A stretch of DNA of 64,000 nt from an uncultured archaeon (GTDB lineage: Archaea > Thermoproteota > EX4484-205 > JAAOZP01). The stretch spans positions 27,914-91,913 of the forward strand of contig CALIBN010000016.1 in the NCBI GenBank assembly GCA_938045545.1, written 5' to 3'. Below, in pieces: positions 54,436-64,000 of this stretch; the stretch's first letter is position 1, and the number at the start of each line of letters is the position of its first letter. The notes below the pieces were generated by a model. It was not told the DNA's origin, made no database searches, and saw nothing but the letters and a program-made list of their open reading frames with translations. A program made the position numbers and the translations under genes.

Positions 54436-55245
54436 ACATGAGTGAGACAACTTAAGAAAACAGAAAATTCGAAAGGAAGCAAATTAAACAGTTACAGAGC
54501 TCCTGCAAGAAGGAAAAATTCAAACAGGTTTTAGAAACTGTAGCGCGTTAGAAACTGCCAAAATTGAGCAGGAACTCGACAAAATGGTGAGATACTCATA
54601 GACATACGGACTGGAAAATATTCCAATAGGAGGCCCATGATCATGGAAGTACAGCTACCCGCTGCTGGTGGCAACAGCTGCTAACGCATTAAACTAAGAT
54701 AGTGCACAAGATAGGAAAATCTAGCGAGCGCTTGAAAACAAATACTAATCCTCTTGTGCAGAAACCATTAGTCTAAGCAATGCCGTTAGGAGCAAAGGGC
54801 ACTTACAGTTCCCTCATTTACATAACACCGAAAATCATACTAAACATATATAACCTTGCTATAAAGGGATGCCGGCCAGAAGCAATTCAGCTTCAAAGAC
54901 AAATAGATGGCTTTCTGATGGATTGTGAAAAATTCCTTTTAATAAACAATCGGAAACATCGATCTGGTTTATGATAAAGGAATGGCTCTAGCCTCAGGGT
55001 TTCTCGTCGGCCATCCCTCACACGTTCACTATATGTCAGATGGGCTGAAAAACAAGTAAAAGAAGTAGCAGAATGGCTAAGGCGTAGATGTTCTCATTTC
55101 CTTAGCACATAGGTCTTGCGACATCCATTTTTGACTAAAAAGCTTAAATATTGTTCTTTTCACAACTTCGTCCTTCTGCACATTATATGTCAACTCAAGA
55201 TAGGTTTCCAAGAGATTTAGCGTGCATCCTTTAACCTTGCTTCTT

Positions 55246-56166
55246 CTAAATCAATCTCTTCAAGTAATTGGCTGCTTGCTTCACAAGGTTATCTACATCG
55301 GAAAGAGTTGGCATCCGGTGGCGAATATGAAACGGTGTGCAGACTTCGAAGGAAATGTCTCCCGTAAAACCAATCTCTTTACATGCCTCGATGAATGGCT
55401 TGATTTCAACAATACCTTCACCAAGTGGTACATGATTCAGTGGGATGAGTTGTTGAATGACGAGCTCTGGTGTCGCTTTATAAGAAACCACCGGCGTACC
55501 TCGTTGAAAGTCAGCGATATGTGCGTGCACCAATAGTGGGCCAACCTTCTTGACCGCATCTCTTACCGATTCGCCTCGCATAGAGAGATGTGGAGGGTCG
55601 AGAACTATTTTCACTTGCTCTGATCCTATCTGTTCCACCATATCGAGCAGCGCATCGGTGGATTGCACGACCCCGGTATGCCATTCAAGAGCAATATCTA
55701 CATCAAAGGATTCGGCTATGGGCACTAGTTCTTTAATGCCCTCTACACACCAGTTCCATTGTTGCCAAGTTGATGCTTCTTGATAGATGACATCGCCTCC
55801 CGCATAGACCCGAACTGACGGTGCCCCCAGGTCCTTGGCTAAACGAAATGTTTCCCGGGCAAAGACGAGTGCCTGCTCCCGAGCTAACGAGGATGGCTGT
55901 GCCAGGTCAATATAGCCTGCTACCATGGAGAAATCGATGTCGCGTGAATCAGCATACCTTCGGATTTCCTGTGCCCGCTTGCTATCGAAGTCGAATGGCG
56001 AGCAGGTCGGACGCTTTGCCATTACTTCTACTGCCTGATAGCCAAATCGCTTAGCCCGGTCGATAATTTGCTCCAGACTTAATGCACCGCCTTCATAAAA
56101 GAAGCCTGCGTAAGTGATGCTATGCAGCGCAATCCTCATTTCTTTGTCCTTTTTCAAGGCTTTCAC
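55246..56166 (-). CDS. Sugar-phosphate isomerase/epimerase (TIM barrel)
   Basis: ALEWH, LDPPH, HAHIAD, PLGEG, ISFE; paralog of the 40.5-41.5 kb pseudogene. Confidence 0.85.
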   Translation of the reverse strand: MKALKKDKEMRIALHSITYAGFFYEGGALSLEQIIDRAKRFGYQAVEVMAKRPTCSPFDFDSKRAQEIRRYADSRDIDFSMVAGYIDLAQPSSLAREQALVFARETFRLAKDLGAPSVRVYAGGDVIYQEASTWQQWNWCVEGIKELVPIAESFDVDIALEWHTGVVQSTDALLDMVEQIGSEQVKIVLDPPHLSMRGESVRDAVKKVGPLLVHAHIADFQRGTPVVSYKATPELVIQQLIPLNHVPLGEGIVEIKPFIEACKEIGFTGDISFEVCTPFHIRHRMPTLSDVDNLVKQAANYLKRLI

Positions 56167-57402
56167 CCTTTGGCGTTGGAATTGAAACTTCTATTTATGG
56201 TTTATGTCGTAGAATTTTCATTATTCAATACTTGCTTCGGGAGAGAATCTCATATTTAGATCTACCAGAATCAATTTTTCAAGAAACGGACTTAAAATTC
56301 GTTTAAACTCCTGCCTCCATTTAACTTTCTCACCTCCAACCCAGCGATAAAATGGAGTGGAGTTCTTTCCGATGAAAATTGCTGCTCCTCGTGATTTCTG
56401 TTTCATAGGAGGAATTATCTTTATCTCTGCGATCATATGCTAATAAACTTTCGAGGATTAAGATTCTGATGGTTCTTTCTATCCTGACATGGAAACATCT
56501 TTTAGCATAACGCCTTGAATAGAGTTTGGCTCAAGAAACGCATCCCGTGCTGGTGGGATACAATAGCTGAAGACGATGAAGACCTTGTCTTCGAGGGGAT
56601 CATGGCTCCGCATCTGATGTATAAAGAATCGCGACCAGGATCGTCAAGGCTGTCCTGGTATGCAACCAGTCGATCCCCCTTAGAAGCTGCCACAGCCGCC
56701 GGGCCATGAAGAACCCTGTTAGCAACCTCAAAAGGTTTCTAACAATAGTCACTCAGGCCCAGATTAAACGAAACAGCTTTACCACCAAACTGATTTTCAC
56801 AAGCTCATATAAGGCTTTTGTCAAGATTGGAGAAAAAAAACGTTAGGCAGAGCTACTTAGGATAGAAAGGCTTTTTACGACGCCTCCTATAAATACTTTA
56901 ATCCAGTGGCGTCTACGGAACGCGCTAGTAACCCCAAAGCTTAATCGCCATCTAGGACATATTGTCCTTCGGCCTCTTTGGATTTCTTTGATAGTAACGC
57001 CAATATTTTCTTCATCGTGACAGATGAACGGTAGAATCGGCATAAAGATCATGCCTGTAATAATCTTTTCAATAATTCTGATGCACGCCAAGTTTATATT
57101 CTTTTAAGTCCTATCACAGTGAAGAAGATAGGAATTTATGGATTGAAGATACGCGAAGGCATTGATTCAGGAGTTGACCTTACAGGTCAATAGTCAAGGA
57201 GGCTGAGAAACAGACTTACGGGACAGAGGGAGGCGGCATAATTGTCATAACATTGAAAGTGGTCTCGAAAGCTGAAGGCAGGTTCATAGGCTTAGCTATG
57301 TGAAGCCTCAAAGAGGGCTAAAATGATATAGAATAAAGTCGCGCGTCCAGCTACGGAGGTTTAAGGACCCCCTACTTTGTCCTTCATGAATTTCAAAAGG
57401 TC

Positions 57403-57485
57403 CTCCCTCGTTTAACAACGTAGGCCATCCGTCAACCCAGCCGTGAATGGGCGGTAACTATCATTCAAAAAATAGACCGTTGCTA
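57403..57485 (+). repeat. Second copy of the pelota-upstream repeat
   Basis: See 52978; the adjacent CATGAATTTCAAAAGG also matches pelota at 52342-52357. Confidence 0.7.
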
Positions 57486-57622
57486 CCAGAAGCCTATAGC
57501 GAAATCGCTTAAAAATACCTTGATGTAAAGATCACTTGAAGAAAGCATTAAGGCTTATTATTGGTTTATTTATGTTAAATAATATTTTTTATACTTCCCT
57601 TCTAAAGCATTTCAAAACAAGG

Positions 57623-60361
57623 ATGAAGAAAATCATACTGGTAGTGCTTTTCACCATGATGCTGATTACACAAGTATTTTATTCTTGGAATAAAATTGCT
57701 TCTCAAGCTTTTCCGGAAGCTTTCGAGGGTGCTGGTCCAATTTTACAATCCAGAATAGTTATACATAGTTCTCTAGCCGCTTTCGCCAAGAAAAAAGTAA
57801 TCTTGCCTGGTTACCAATATGCTTCAGATAAAATAGAGTATTCTTTGCCTGAGAATTCAGTCGCATTTGGAACATTTAGTTCCGTAGCATGGAGTAACCT
57901 CTACTGGACAACAAGAGATTACCAGAGCCCTATTAAAGATGGTTCCGCCCTGTTCTGGAACGAGGTTTTTCAGATTCGTTACACACCTTTTTTGGATGAA
58001 AACTATTTCAGAATCAACAATACTTATCCCCTGGTCATTCAGAACTTTACAGTTCCATCATCCTATGATAATTTTGAAGTAAAATACATTTGGCTGGTGG
58101 TAAGGGTTTACTCCGGAAGTGTTAGGCTTCACGCGGAAATATGGAACTATGGGATGATTAGTTTCGGAACCTCTACGGAATCTGTGACTGTAACAGGCCC
58201 GTATGATTGGTGGATTACTCTAAAGATGAAGACCCCAAGGATCTTGAAGGCAGGCGTGGTATTTAGGCTTGAAGTACACTGGGAAACTGGGTCAAATCTC
58301 GAGGTAAAAATATTGCCTGAGCCTAAGGATGGTGATGACAATGCCCAGGGCAACGCTAGATTCTACAATACGATCTCCGGGAATATAGAAGACATAGCTG
58401 GGAAGATGCTTGTAGGAGTATTCACTCACCCGGCAAGCAACACCTATTCGACGAGTTTCGCCCCGTGGTCTAAAGCTCTTCTCCTAAAAAATTACCGACT
58501 CTATCTTCATGGCCGGAACATACCTAGAAGCGGGATATTAATGAGGGTTAATTCGCTGACCTTCGGAACTGCAGAGATCCCTGAGGTGCGATTAGCATTA
58601 CCCTTCGACGAGCTAGCGTTTTGGACAACTATTCAGGGCTCGACAAGCTTCTCAGGAGGCATGGTTGAGATATCCTCTGATTTAATGTCGCTAGATCAGA
58701 GTAGAACCTCCTATGATAATAATTATCTACCACCCTTCTTCAGGCCCTTCGCCCTACTATCGGTATTCACGGACAATGCGGGGAAACCTTGGGGGGAATG
58801 GGAGATAGGCGGAGAAACCTGGAAGGCGTACGTTGAGGACTTTTACAGTAATCTTCATGCTTTACCGGCGGACAGGGTTGAACAGAGGGAATTCGGCTTA
58901 AAAGTTACATACCCGCTCTATTTCTACCCTCCGGCTTCACCCTCTTACGGGTTCCTGAATTTCACGGCCAGTTTTAACTGCAGCGTGGAGGTTTCCCGTC
59001 CAGGACCGGAATTCTACTCGAACTACTCCGTTTCCCCTTTCAGTGATGCATCTTGGAATATTTCGAATTTAAACCTCTCTTTTACAGCTCCACATTACTC
59101 CTCCGTGGCCATAAAGATAGGCCCGGTTCCAGGGGATTGGGCCATTCAAGAAGCATCCGTTACTCCTGGTCCAGGCGGGGGAACGCCGTTGATATCCATC
59201 GTGAATAGCGATATAATGATAAGCGGGATCTTAATGGGGGCTTCAAACACCTACTCAGGTAGAGCTGAAATCCATGTGAAGGCTGACAATTATTTGGAGA
59301 CTCCAGCCGCTTACATAAGGTTTAGGTGGATGGGCGTTTCCACGTCGATCCTCTTAGTGAACGATACCATAAGGATGGAGGCGAGGGCGGCGTCAGCCAT
59401 CCCAAGCTTCCCACCCGGAGTAATCTTGATTAAAGCCGTTGGGCCCACGGGAGTTTTGTTCAATCAATCACTCAACCAGCTTGACCAAAACGGGGTGAAC
59501 ACAGGGGACCTCGATTTAAATCGGGCCGGACGTTACTTAGTCAGCACAACCTACAAGTCTTCTGATGGCCTTAGGGTGGGAGCGACGAGGGCTTCCTTCG
59601 ATGTCCTAAAGGTCTCCGTGGCCACCGATAGGAAGGTTGTTCCATTAAGCTCACCCACCGTCACTATCGAATTAGTTCCTTCAAACGTTTCTCTAATAAG
59701 CTCGACCAAGTTCGTTTTAACATTCCCCAACGGTTCGACCAAGCCAGGTATGTTTAACCAAGTGGGTGACAAGTTCGTCAGAGAACTCTCGTTTCCACAG
59801 ACAGATCCTTCCGTCATAGGTAACTGGAGTATAGCTGCCTCGGTCCTGCTCCTAAACGGAATTGAAAGACAACTGCCCTCGATAAGCTTTATCGTCTCTG
59901 ACGATATTGCACCAGCCATTTCAAACATAACGCAATTGCCTAGGGAAGCCACTTTCATGGAGGAGGTAAACATAACTTGCACAGTTACCGACAAGGGCAC
60001 AGGAGTCAGGTCAGTATGGGTCACCTACAGCTCTGAAGCCGCAGGGGGAAACGTGACCGCGAAGCCGGTTGGCCCAAACACCTACTCCGCCATAATCCCG
60101 AGGCAGCCTCCCTTCACCACGGTTTCCTATAGAGTCCATGCAATCGACAACAGCGGGAACATAAGCACCTCCGAGACACTCACCTATAATGTTGCGATCC
60201 CCATATGGTTTTCAACCATATTAATACTGGTTTTAAGCATAATAATCATACTAATAGCATGGTTATACAGGAAACACCGTAGAATTCCTCCCCCACCACC
60301 GCCACCACCGATAGTGGAAGAACTTGGAAAGTTATCTGCTAGCTGGAGGAGGAGAGGATGA
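57623..60361 (+). CDS. Large surface protein with C-terminal TM and poly-Pro tail
   Basis: Signal peptide MKKIILVVLF, many NxS/T sequons, Ig-like D..P.I..V.D..G..N domain, TM, RKHRR, P8. Confidence 0.82.
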   Translation: MKKIILVVLFTMMLITQVFYSWNKIASQAFPEAFEGAGPILQSRIVIHSSLAAFAKKKVILPGYQYASDKIEYSLPENSVAFGTFSSVAWSNLYWTTRDYQSPIKDGSALFWNEVFQIRYTPFLDENYFRINNTYPLVIQNFTVPSSYDNFEVKYIWLVVRVYSGSVRLHAEIWNYGMISFGTSTESVTVTGPYDWWITLKMKTPRILKAGVVFRLEVHWETGSNLEVKILPEPKDGDDNAQGNARFYNTISGNIEDIAGKMLVGVFTHPASNTYSTSFAPWSKALLLKNYRLYLHGRNIPRSGILMRVNSLTFGTAEIPEVRLALPFDELAFWTTIQGSTSFSGGMVEISSDLMSLDQSRTSYDNNYLPPFFRPFALLSVFTDNAGKPWGEWEIGGETWKAYVEDFYSNLHALPADRVEQREFGLKVTYPLYFYPPASPSYGFLNFTASFNCSVEVSRPGPEFYSNYSVSPFSDASWNISNLNLSFTAPHYSSVAIKIGPVPGDWAIQEASVTPGPGGGTPLISIVNSDIMISGILMGASNTYSGRAEIHVKADNYLETPAAYIRFRWMGVSTSILLVNDTIRMEARAASAIPSFPPGVILIKAVGPTGVLFNQSLNQLDQNGVNTGDLDLNRAGRYLVSTTYKSSDGLRVGATRASFDVLKVSVATDRKVVPLSSPTVTIELVPSNVSLISSTKFVLTFPNGSTKPGMFNQVGDKFVRELSFPQTDPSVIGNWSIAASVLLLNGIERQLPSISFIVSDDIAPAISNITQLPREATFMEEVNITCTVTDKGTGVRSVWVTYSSEAAGGNVTAKPVGPNTYSAIIPRQPPFTTVSYRVHAIDNSGNISTSETLTYNVAIPIWFSTILILVLSIIIILIAWLYRKHRRIPPPPPPPPIVEELGKLSASWRRRG

Positions 60362-60518
60362 AGGTAGCAATATCTGGCAGGGCTTACGAGGAGCTTAAGA
60401 GGGAAAGAGAAGCCGCCGGAAACATAACAGCCCAGTGACAACATATCCGTCCAAGCACAACTGTTAAGCTGGCGGAACAGAAAAATATTTAACCCCCCTT
60501 ATACCCGATAAAACCCGC

Positions 60519-60633
60519 GCCGGCGTAGCTCAGCAGGTAGTTTAACGGCCTATAGCAGCGGGCTGTTAACCCGTTGGTCGGAAGTTCGAGACAAGTAAAT
60601 ATATAAAAAATTGCGAAAATCTTCCCGCCGGCG
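60519..60633 (+). tRNA. tRNA-Asn(GTT) with two introns: 22/23 (60541-60553) and 59/60 (60591-60619)
   Basis: GCCGGCG/CGCCGGC with G73; BHBs AGGT-AG^T..GCCT-AT^A and TTCG-AG^A..CGAA-AA^T. Confidence 0.92.
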
Positions 60634-60950
60634 CTTTCTGTTTTCTACATCGAAATAAACTGAGACGCCTATATAGGCTTCAATATCCTCCCCCTTCTAC
60701 ACGCACAAGTTAACATCTTCTAGGTCCAGGCCATACTCATTAGCGCACGCGTGCACGCTAACATAAACCCGCGCGGGGGCTTGAAATAAGGCTTTCCAGT
60801 GTGTATCAAGTCCTCAACATGCTTGCTCAAGGCTTTCCACATCCTCTTTAAAGGTTAGAGTAAACGACCAGGAGAAAGTTGTGAAAGCGATTATTGGGCG
60901 CAATGATGAAGAGGCTCTCACTTTTTCGCCGTTCCCCTCTCTTACTTCCT

Positions 60951-61367
60951 TCAGAACCTGATCCTAATCAGGCCATAAATCACGCAGGGGATGAAGTAGA
61001 AAATCCATCCGAGGGTTAGGAGCTGGACTACGTAAGGTGGTTCAAGCGTTAAGACAAAGTATAACGTGAACAGGATCATGGATACGAGGCTGAACATGAT
61101 GGCCAGCAGCCAAAGGATCCTACCCCTCGGTTTGAACCGCTTGAGCAGGATTCCGAGAATAGAGGCCAAAGTGAGAAACAGCCATTGAGCAAGGCCTGCT
61201 AGATGCCCTATAGTCGAGTACCGTGGATCGTAAACATAAGTCAAAAAGAGTATTATGGTAATCGCAAGGAAAAAAATTGAAAGATATGGTGTGAAAGGAA
61301 TCTTTAACAATATCCGGTCAATCACTCTCTGAATCACAATTCTATAAGACAACTTGTTTCCCTCCAA
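60951..61367 (-). CDS. Small 4-TM protein (candidate immunity)
   Basis: Four hydrophobic helices; starts immediately after the stop of the Cys-rich precursor. Confidence 0.65.
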   Translation of the reverse strand: MEGNKLSYRIVIQRVIDRILLKIPFTPYLSIFFLAITIILFLTYVYDPRYSTIGHLAGLAQWLFLTLASILGILLKRFKPRGRILWLLAIMFSLVSMILFTLYFVLTLEPPYVVQLLTLGWIFYFIPCVIYGLIRIRF

Positions 61368-62192
61368 CTATGGGCAACCCATGCATTCTGGTAAGTAGCT
61401 CGTATCAGGAGTGCAATCTCGGCAATAGGAGTTCCAACTAATACAGTTTGTGTAAAAGCAACTAGGGCAATAAAGCCCCACGCACATCACTACAACCGTA
61501 AGATTTGGAAAACCGATGCAGTAAGCACAACAGTAAATGAGTTGAGGTATGTCATAAGCAAGGCATTCCTGAAAACAGAATTGGCAGGTACCGCATGGTG
61601 GCGAGCAGGACGGTGGCGGTACGCCAGTCAAGAACGCGTGATCAATTGGATTAATTACCTGATTAGCCTGAATTGTAGGTACAAGCTTGCCCCCAGTTAC
61701 CCGGCCTTTTTCAGCCCTGACTAGAACCTCTAGGATACGATAATCTTCATCTGCTCTATATACTGTTGCTTCTTGATACGGTTTCACGAATACTACAGCA
61801 AAAACTAATCTTGATTTGGGATCTCCAACAAATCTTATTCCAACTACCATGTACTCAGTTGGTTTATGATCTACAACCTTTTTGGCCCTCATAGCAGTGG
61901 AGTCATCCAAGGAAGGTTGGTACCCTATCTCGGATAAGATTGAAGCAACTAGCTGGAATTCCTTTGTGCTTAATGCTTTTTCCACTGCTTCCTCCTTCTC
62001 CTGGCCTTCGAGGCTCTTTATTTCAGCGGTCTGCGCGGATGCTTGCTGCTCACTGTTGCTTGTTCCGCAGCTTCTACACCTGTACGCGGCCCCGTGATTG
62101 CTGTTCAAGGGAGAGACGATGCTCAGGAAGAGTATGAGAAGCAGAGAAACCACTATTACTCCAGCAGCTCTAATTAGGATACTATTGTTCAC
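61368..62192 (-). CDS. Secreted precursor with 16-Cys C-terminal peptide (halocin-C8-like architecture)
   Basis: Signal peptide, ~160-aa prodomain, terminal ~80 aa with 16 Cys. Confidence 0.6.
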   Translation of the reverse strand: MNNSILIRAAGVIVVSLLLILFLSIVSPLNSNHGAAYRCRSCGTSNSEQQASAQTAEIKSLEGQEKEEAVEKALSTKEFQLVASILSEIGYQPSLDDSTAMRAKKVVDHKPTEYMVVGIRFVGDPKSRLVFAVVFVKPYQEATVYRADEDYRILEVLVRAEKGRVTGGKLVPTIQANQVINPIDHAFLTGVPPPSCSPPCGTCQFCFQECLAYDIPQLIYCCAYCIGFPNLTVVVMCVGLYCPSCFYTNCISWNSYCRDCTPDTSYLPECMGCP

Positions 62193-62803
62193 CTTCCCTT
62201 ATAACCCCCCTGAAGAAAAAAGGTGGAGGTAGTATTTATTTTTTTAATACGTATAAAATCGAATTTGTGACCCGCCTCAAGCTTGAAAAGAAAGCTGTTG
62301 AGGGAATGCTACTACTACAAATGCTTAAATTAAGCATTTTAATCGAGGCTTTCTTGACTTTTTAACCAGTTTTTGAAGATTCGATAAAATTGCAACATTT
62401 AATCACACACTATCTGAGCTACGCCGGCGCGGCTTAACGTTAAATGTCTGGGATTAAAATATTTTTCTATTCTCTAAGCCTGAAAAAAGACCTATTAGAC
62501 CCAGAAGCATTACTACTATGCTCGTGAACAGGAAAAAGGGGTATGTTATGCCTAAGGCATCCCCGTGTTCACGGTGTAGTATACCAGTACGGCTCCGCGC
62601 GCGCTTACTGCACTTGCTCCACAGCTTTTTACACGTGTATGCAATCCTGTGATTACTACTCAAGGAGAGGATGAGGAATAGGAGAAATCACTATTACCCT
62701 AGCAACTTTGATGGATACGGTTGTTTACTCCCCCTTGCTATCTCCTGAAGTAGAAAAATATTTTTCTACTCTCCAAACCAGAACATAGCGCGCTTTGCAC
62801 ACT

Positions 62804-64000
62804 CTAGAGGCTATTCTGGGGGCTTTTTCGAAGTAGGAGTTCCTGGTATTCCGAGTTTACTTTTCCGTATTTTTCTTTGATGGTTCTGCTGATTTCATGC
62901 CAGTCTTGGGCTATTTTTGACCATAGCTCGCTGGTCATTAGCTGTTTTGTCACGTATTCTTTTAACGGTTTTTCCCGTTTAATCGTTCTTTGGCGCCAGT
63001 CGAAGCTTATGAGTCCTGCACGTCTCAAATGTCGAATCGTGTGGCCTATTTGGTCATAATCAAGTGCGCGACCCATGCTTATTGCTAAGTCTTCTAGGAT
63101 GGAGTCAATTGTTATTTGGTCTTCTACACGCAGACAGATCGTGGCTATAATAGTTTGGATGAGCCTCGCAGACTTGGTGAGGTATATCCCAATCCTCTTT
63201 GGCGGGATAAGGGTTTGTTCTAGGCGGTAGCCATACCTCCTGTAAAACCAGCTTTTGATGATTTCAGCCAATGCCAAATAGGTGCCGAGAATCGCGGCTA
63301 GGGCTATGAAGAAAGTTGCTGGAGGTTTTACAAATCTGAAAATTTCTCCTAATGGCGTGTAGGGAATTATCAACGTGAATGCTATTATTGCTATGTTGCC
63401 GAAGAGCACAAGTCGACTCGGCTTGCTTTTCCAGAAAGGCGACGTTTTTGTTCTAATGGCAAAGATTACAAGAGTCTGTGAAGTTAGGGATTCGATGAAC
63501 CAAGCGGTTTGGAACAGTTGCTCATTAGCGTTAAAGATGAAAAGCATTATAAAGAATGTTAGAAAGTCGAAGATGGAGCTGACGGGCCCGAGGCACACCA
63601 TGAACAGCCTAATGAAGTGTATGTCCCACCTTTTAGGCTTTTCAATGTATTCTTGGTCAACTTCGTCCGTGGGTATTGTTAACTGTGAAAAGTCATAGAG
63701 CAAATTGTTAAGCAATATCTGTATGGGTAGCATGGGCAGGAACGGCAGGAACAATGATGCGCCAGCGACGCTGAACATGTTTCCAAAGTTTGAGCTCACA
63801 CCCATCATGATATACTTCATAGTGTTGCCGAATGTTTTCCTACCCTCCAAAACACCGTCATGAAGCACTGTTAAATCATTCTGCAAGAGAATTATGTCAG
63901 CAGATTCCTTTGCAACGTCAACAGCGTTTTCCACAGATATGCCGACGTCCGCGCTTTTTAGGGATGGCGCGTCGTTAATCCCATCCCCTAGAAACCCGAC
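62804..64000 (-). CDS. mgtA: Mg2+-type P-type ATPase, C-terminal part (runs off window end), with extra C-terminal domain
   Basis: GDGINDAP, SSNFGNMFS, PFLPMLP, FQTAWFIES. Confidence 0.9.
   Translation of the reverse strand, partial: VGFLGDGINDAPSLKSADVGISVENAVDVAKESADIILLQNDLTVLHDGVLEGRKTFGNTMKYIMMGVSSNFGNMFSVAGASLFLPFLPMLPIQILLNNLLYDFSQLTIPTDEVDQEYIEKPKRWDIHFIRLFMVCLGPVSSIFDFLTFFIMLFIFNANEQLFQTAWFIESLTSQTLVIFAIRTKTSPFWKSKPSRLVLFGNIAIIAFTLIIPYTPLGEIFRFVKPPATFFIALAAILGTYLALAEIIKSWFYRRYGYRLEQTLIPPKRIGIYLTKSARLIQTIIATICLRVEDQITIDSILEDLAISMGRALDYDQIGHTIRHLRRAGLISFDWRQRTIKREKPLKEYVTKQLMTSELWSKIAQDWHEISRTIKEKYGKVNSEYQELLLRKSPQNSL

Noticed and set aside
62300-62330. TACTACTAC as a further BlaI operator
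   Set aside because: Half-site only; no GTAGTA at 5-nt spacing.

Overview
Archaeal chromosome segment, most consistent with a thermophilic TACK-superphylum lineage (GC-rich 16S-23S operon with no spacer tRNA, Cdv/ESCRT-III-Vps4 genes, intron-rich tRNAs); finer taxonomy cannot be confirmed without a search. Intact housekeeping genes include rpiA, two cdvB-like genes with cdvC, gatCA, class II RNR with cobA, DNA ligase, pelota, FprA and a Mg-type P-ATPase. Between them are decayed accessory islets, mostly next to tRNA genes. Main observations: (1) two diverged, decayed copies of an apparently undescribed polymorphic-toxin-like module (Cys-rich head, TGT/DUF4417-like barrel, metallophosphoesterase, Glu-rich linker, variable PD-(D/E)XK tip, facing a convergent putative immunity gene). 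(2) All 8 tRNA genes are interrupted, with 11 BHB introns and only 2 at canonical 37/38; these include introns at 10/11 and 14/15 and a tRNA-Gln leader that looks like a decoy acceptor strand enabling splicing. (3) Four of the 8 tRNAs have A15:U48 instead of the archaeosine-site G15. (4) A BlaI/BlaR-like regulon with three readable TACTAY-N5-GTAGTA operators at an ABC/NEW3 operon and HtrA. (5) A halocin-C8-like Cys-rich precursor with a candidate immunity gene. (6) A ribophorin-I-like protein. All assignments were made by eye; no searches were run.
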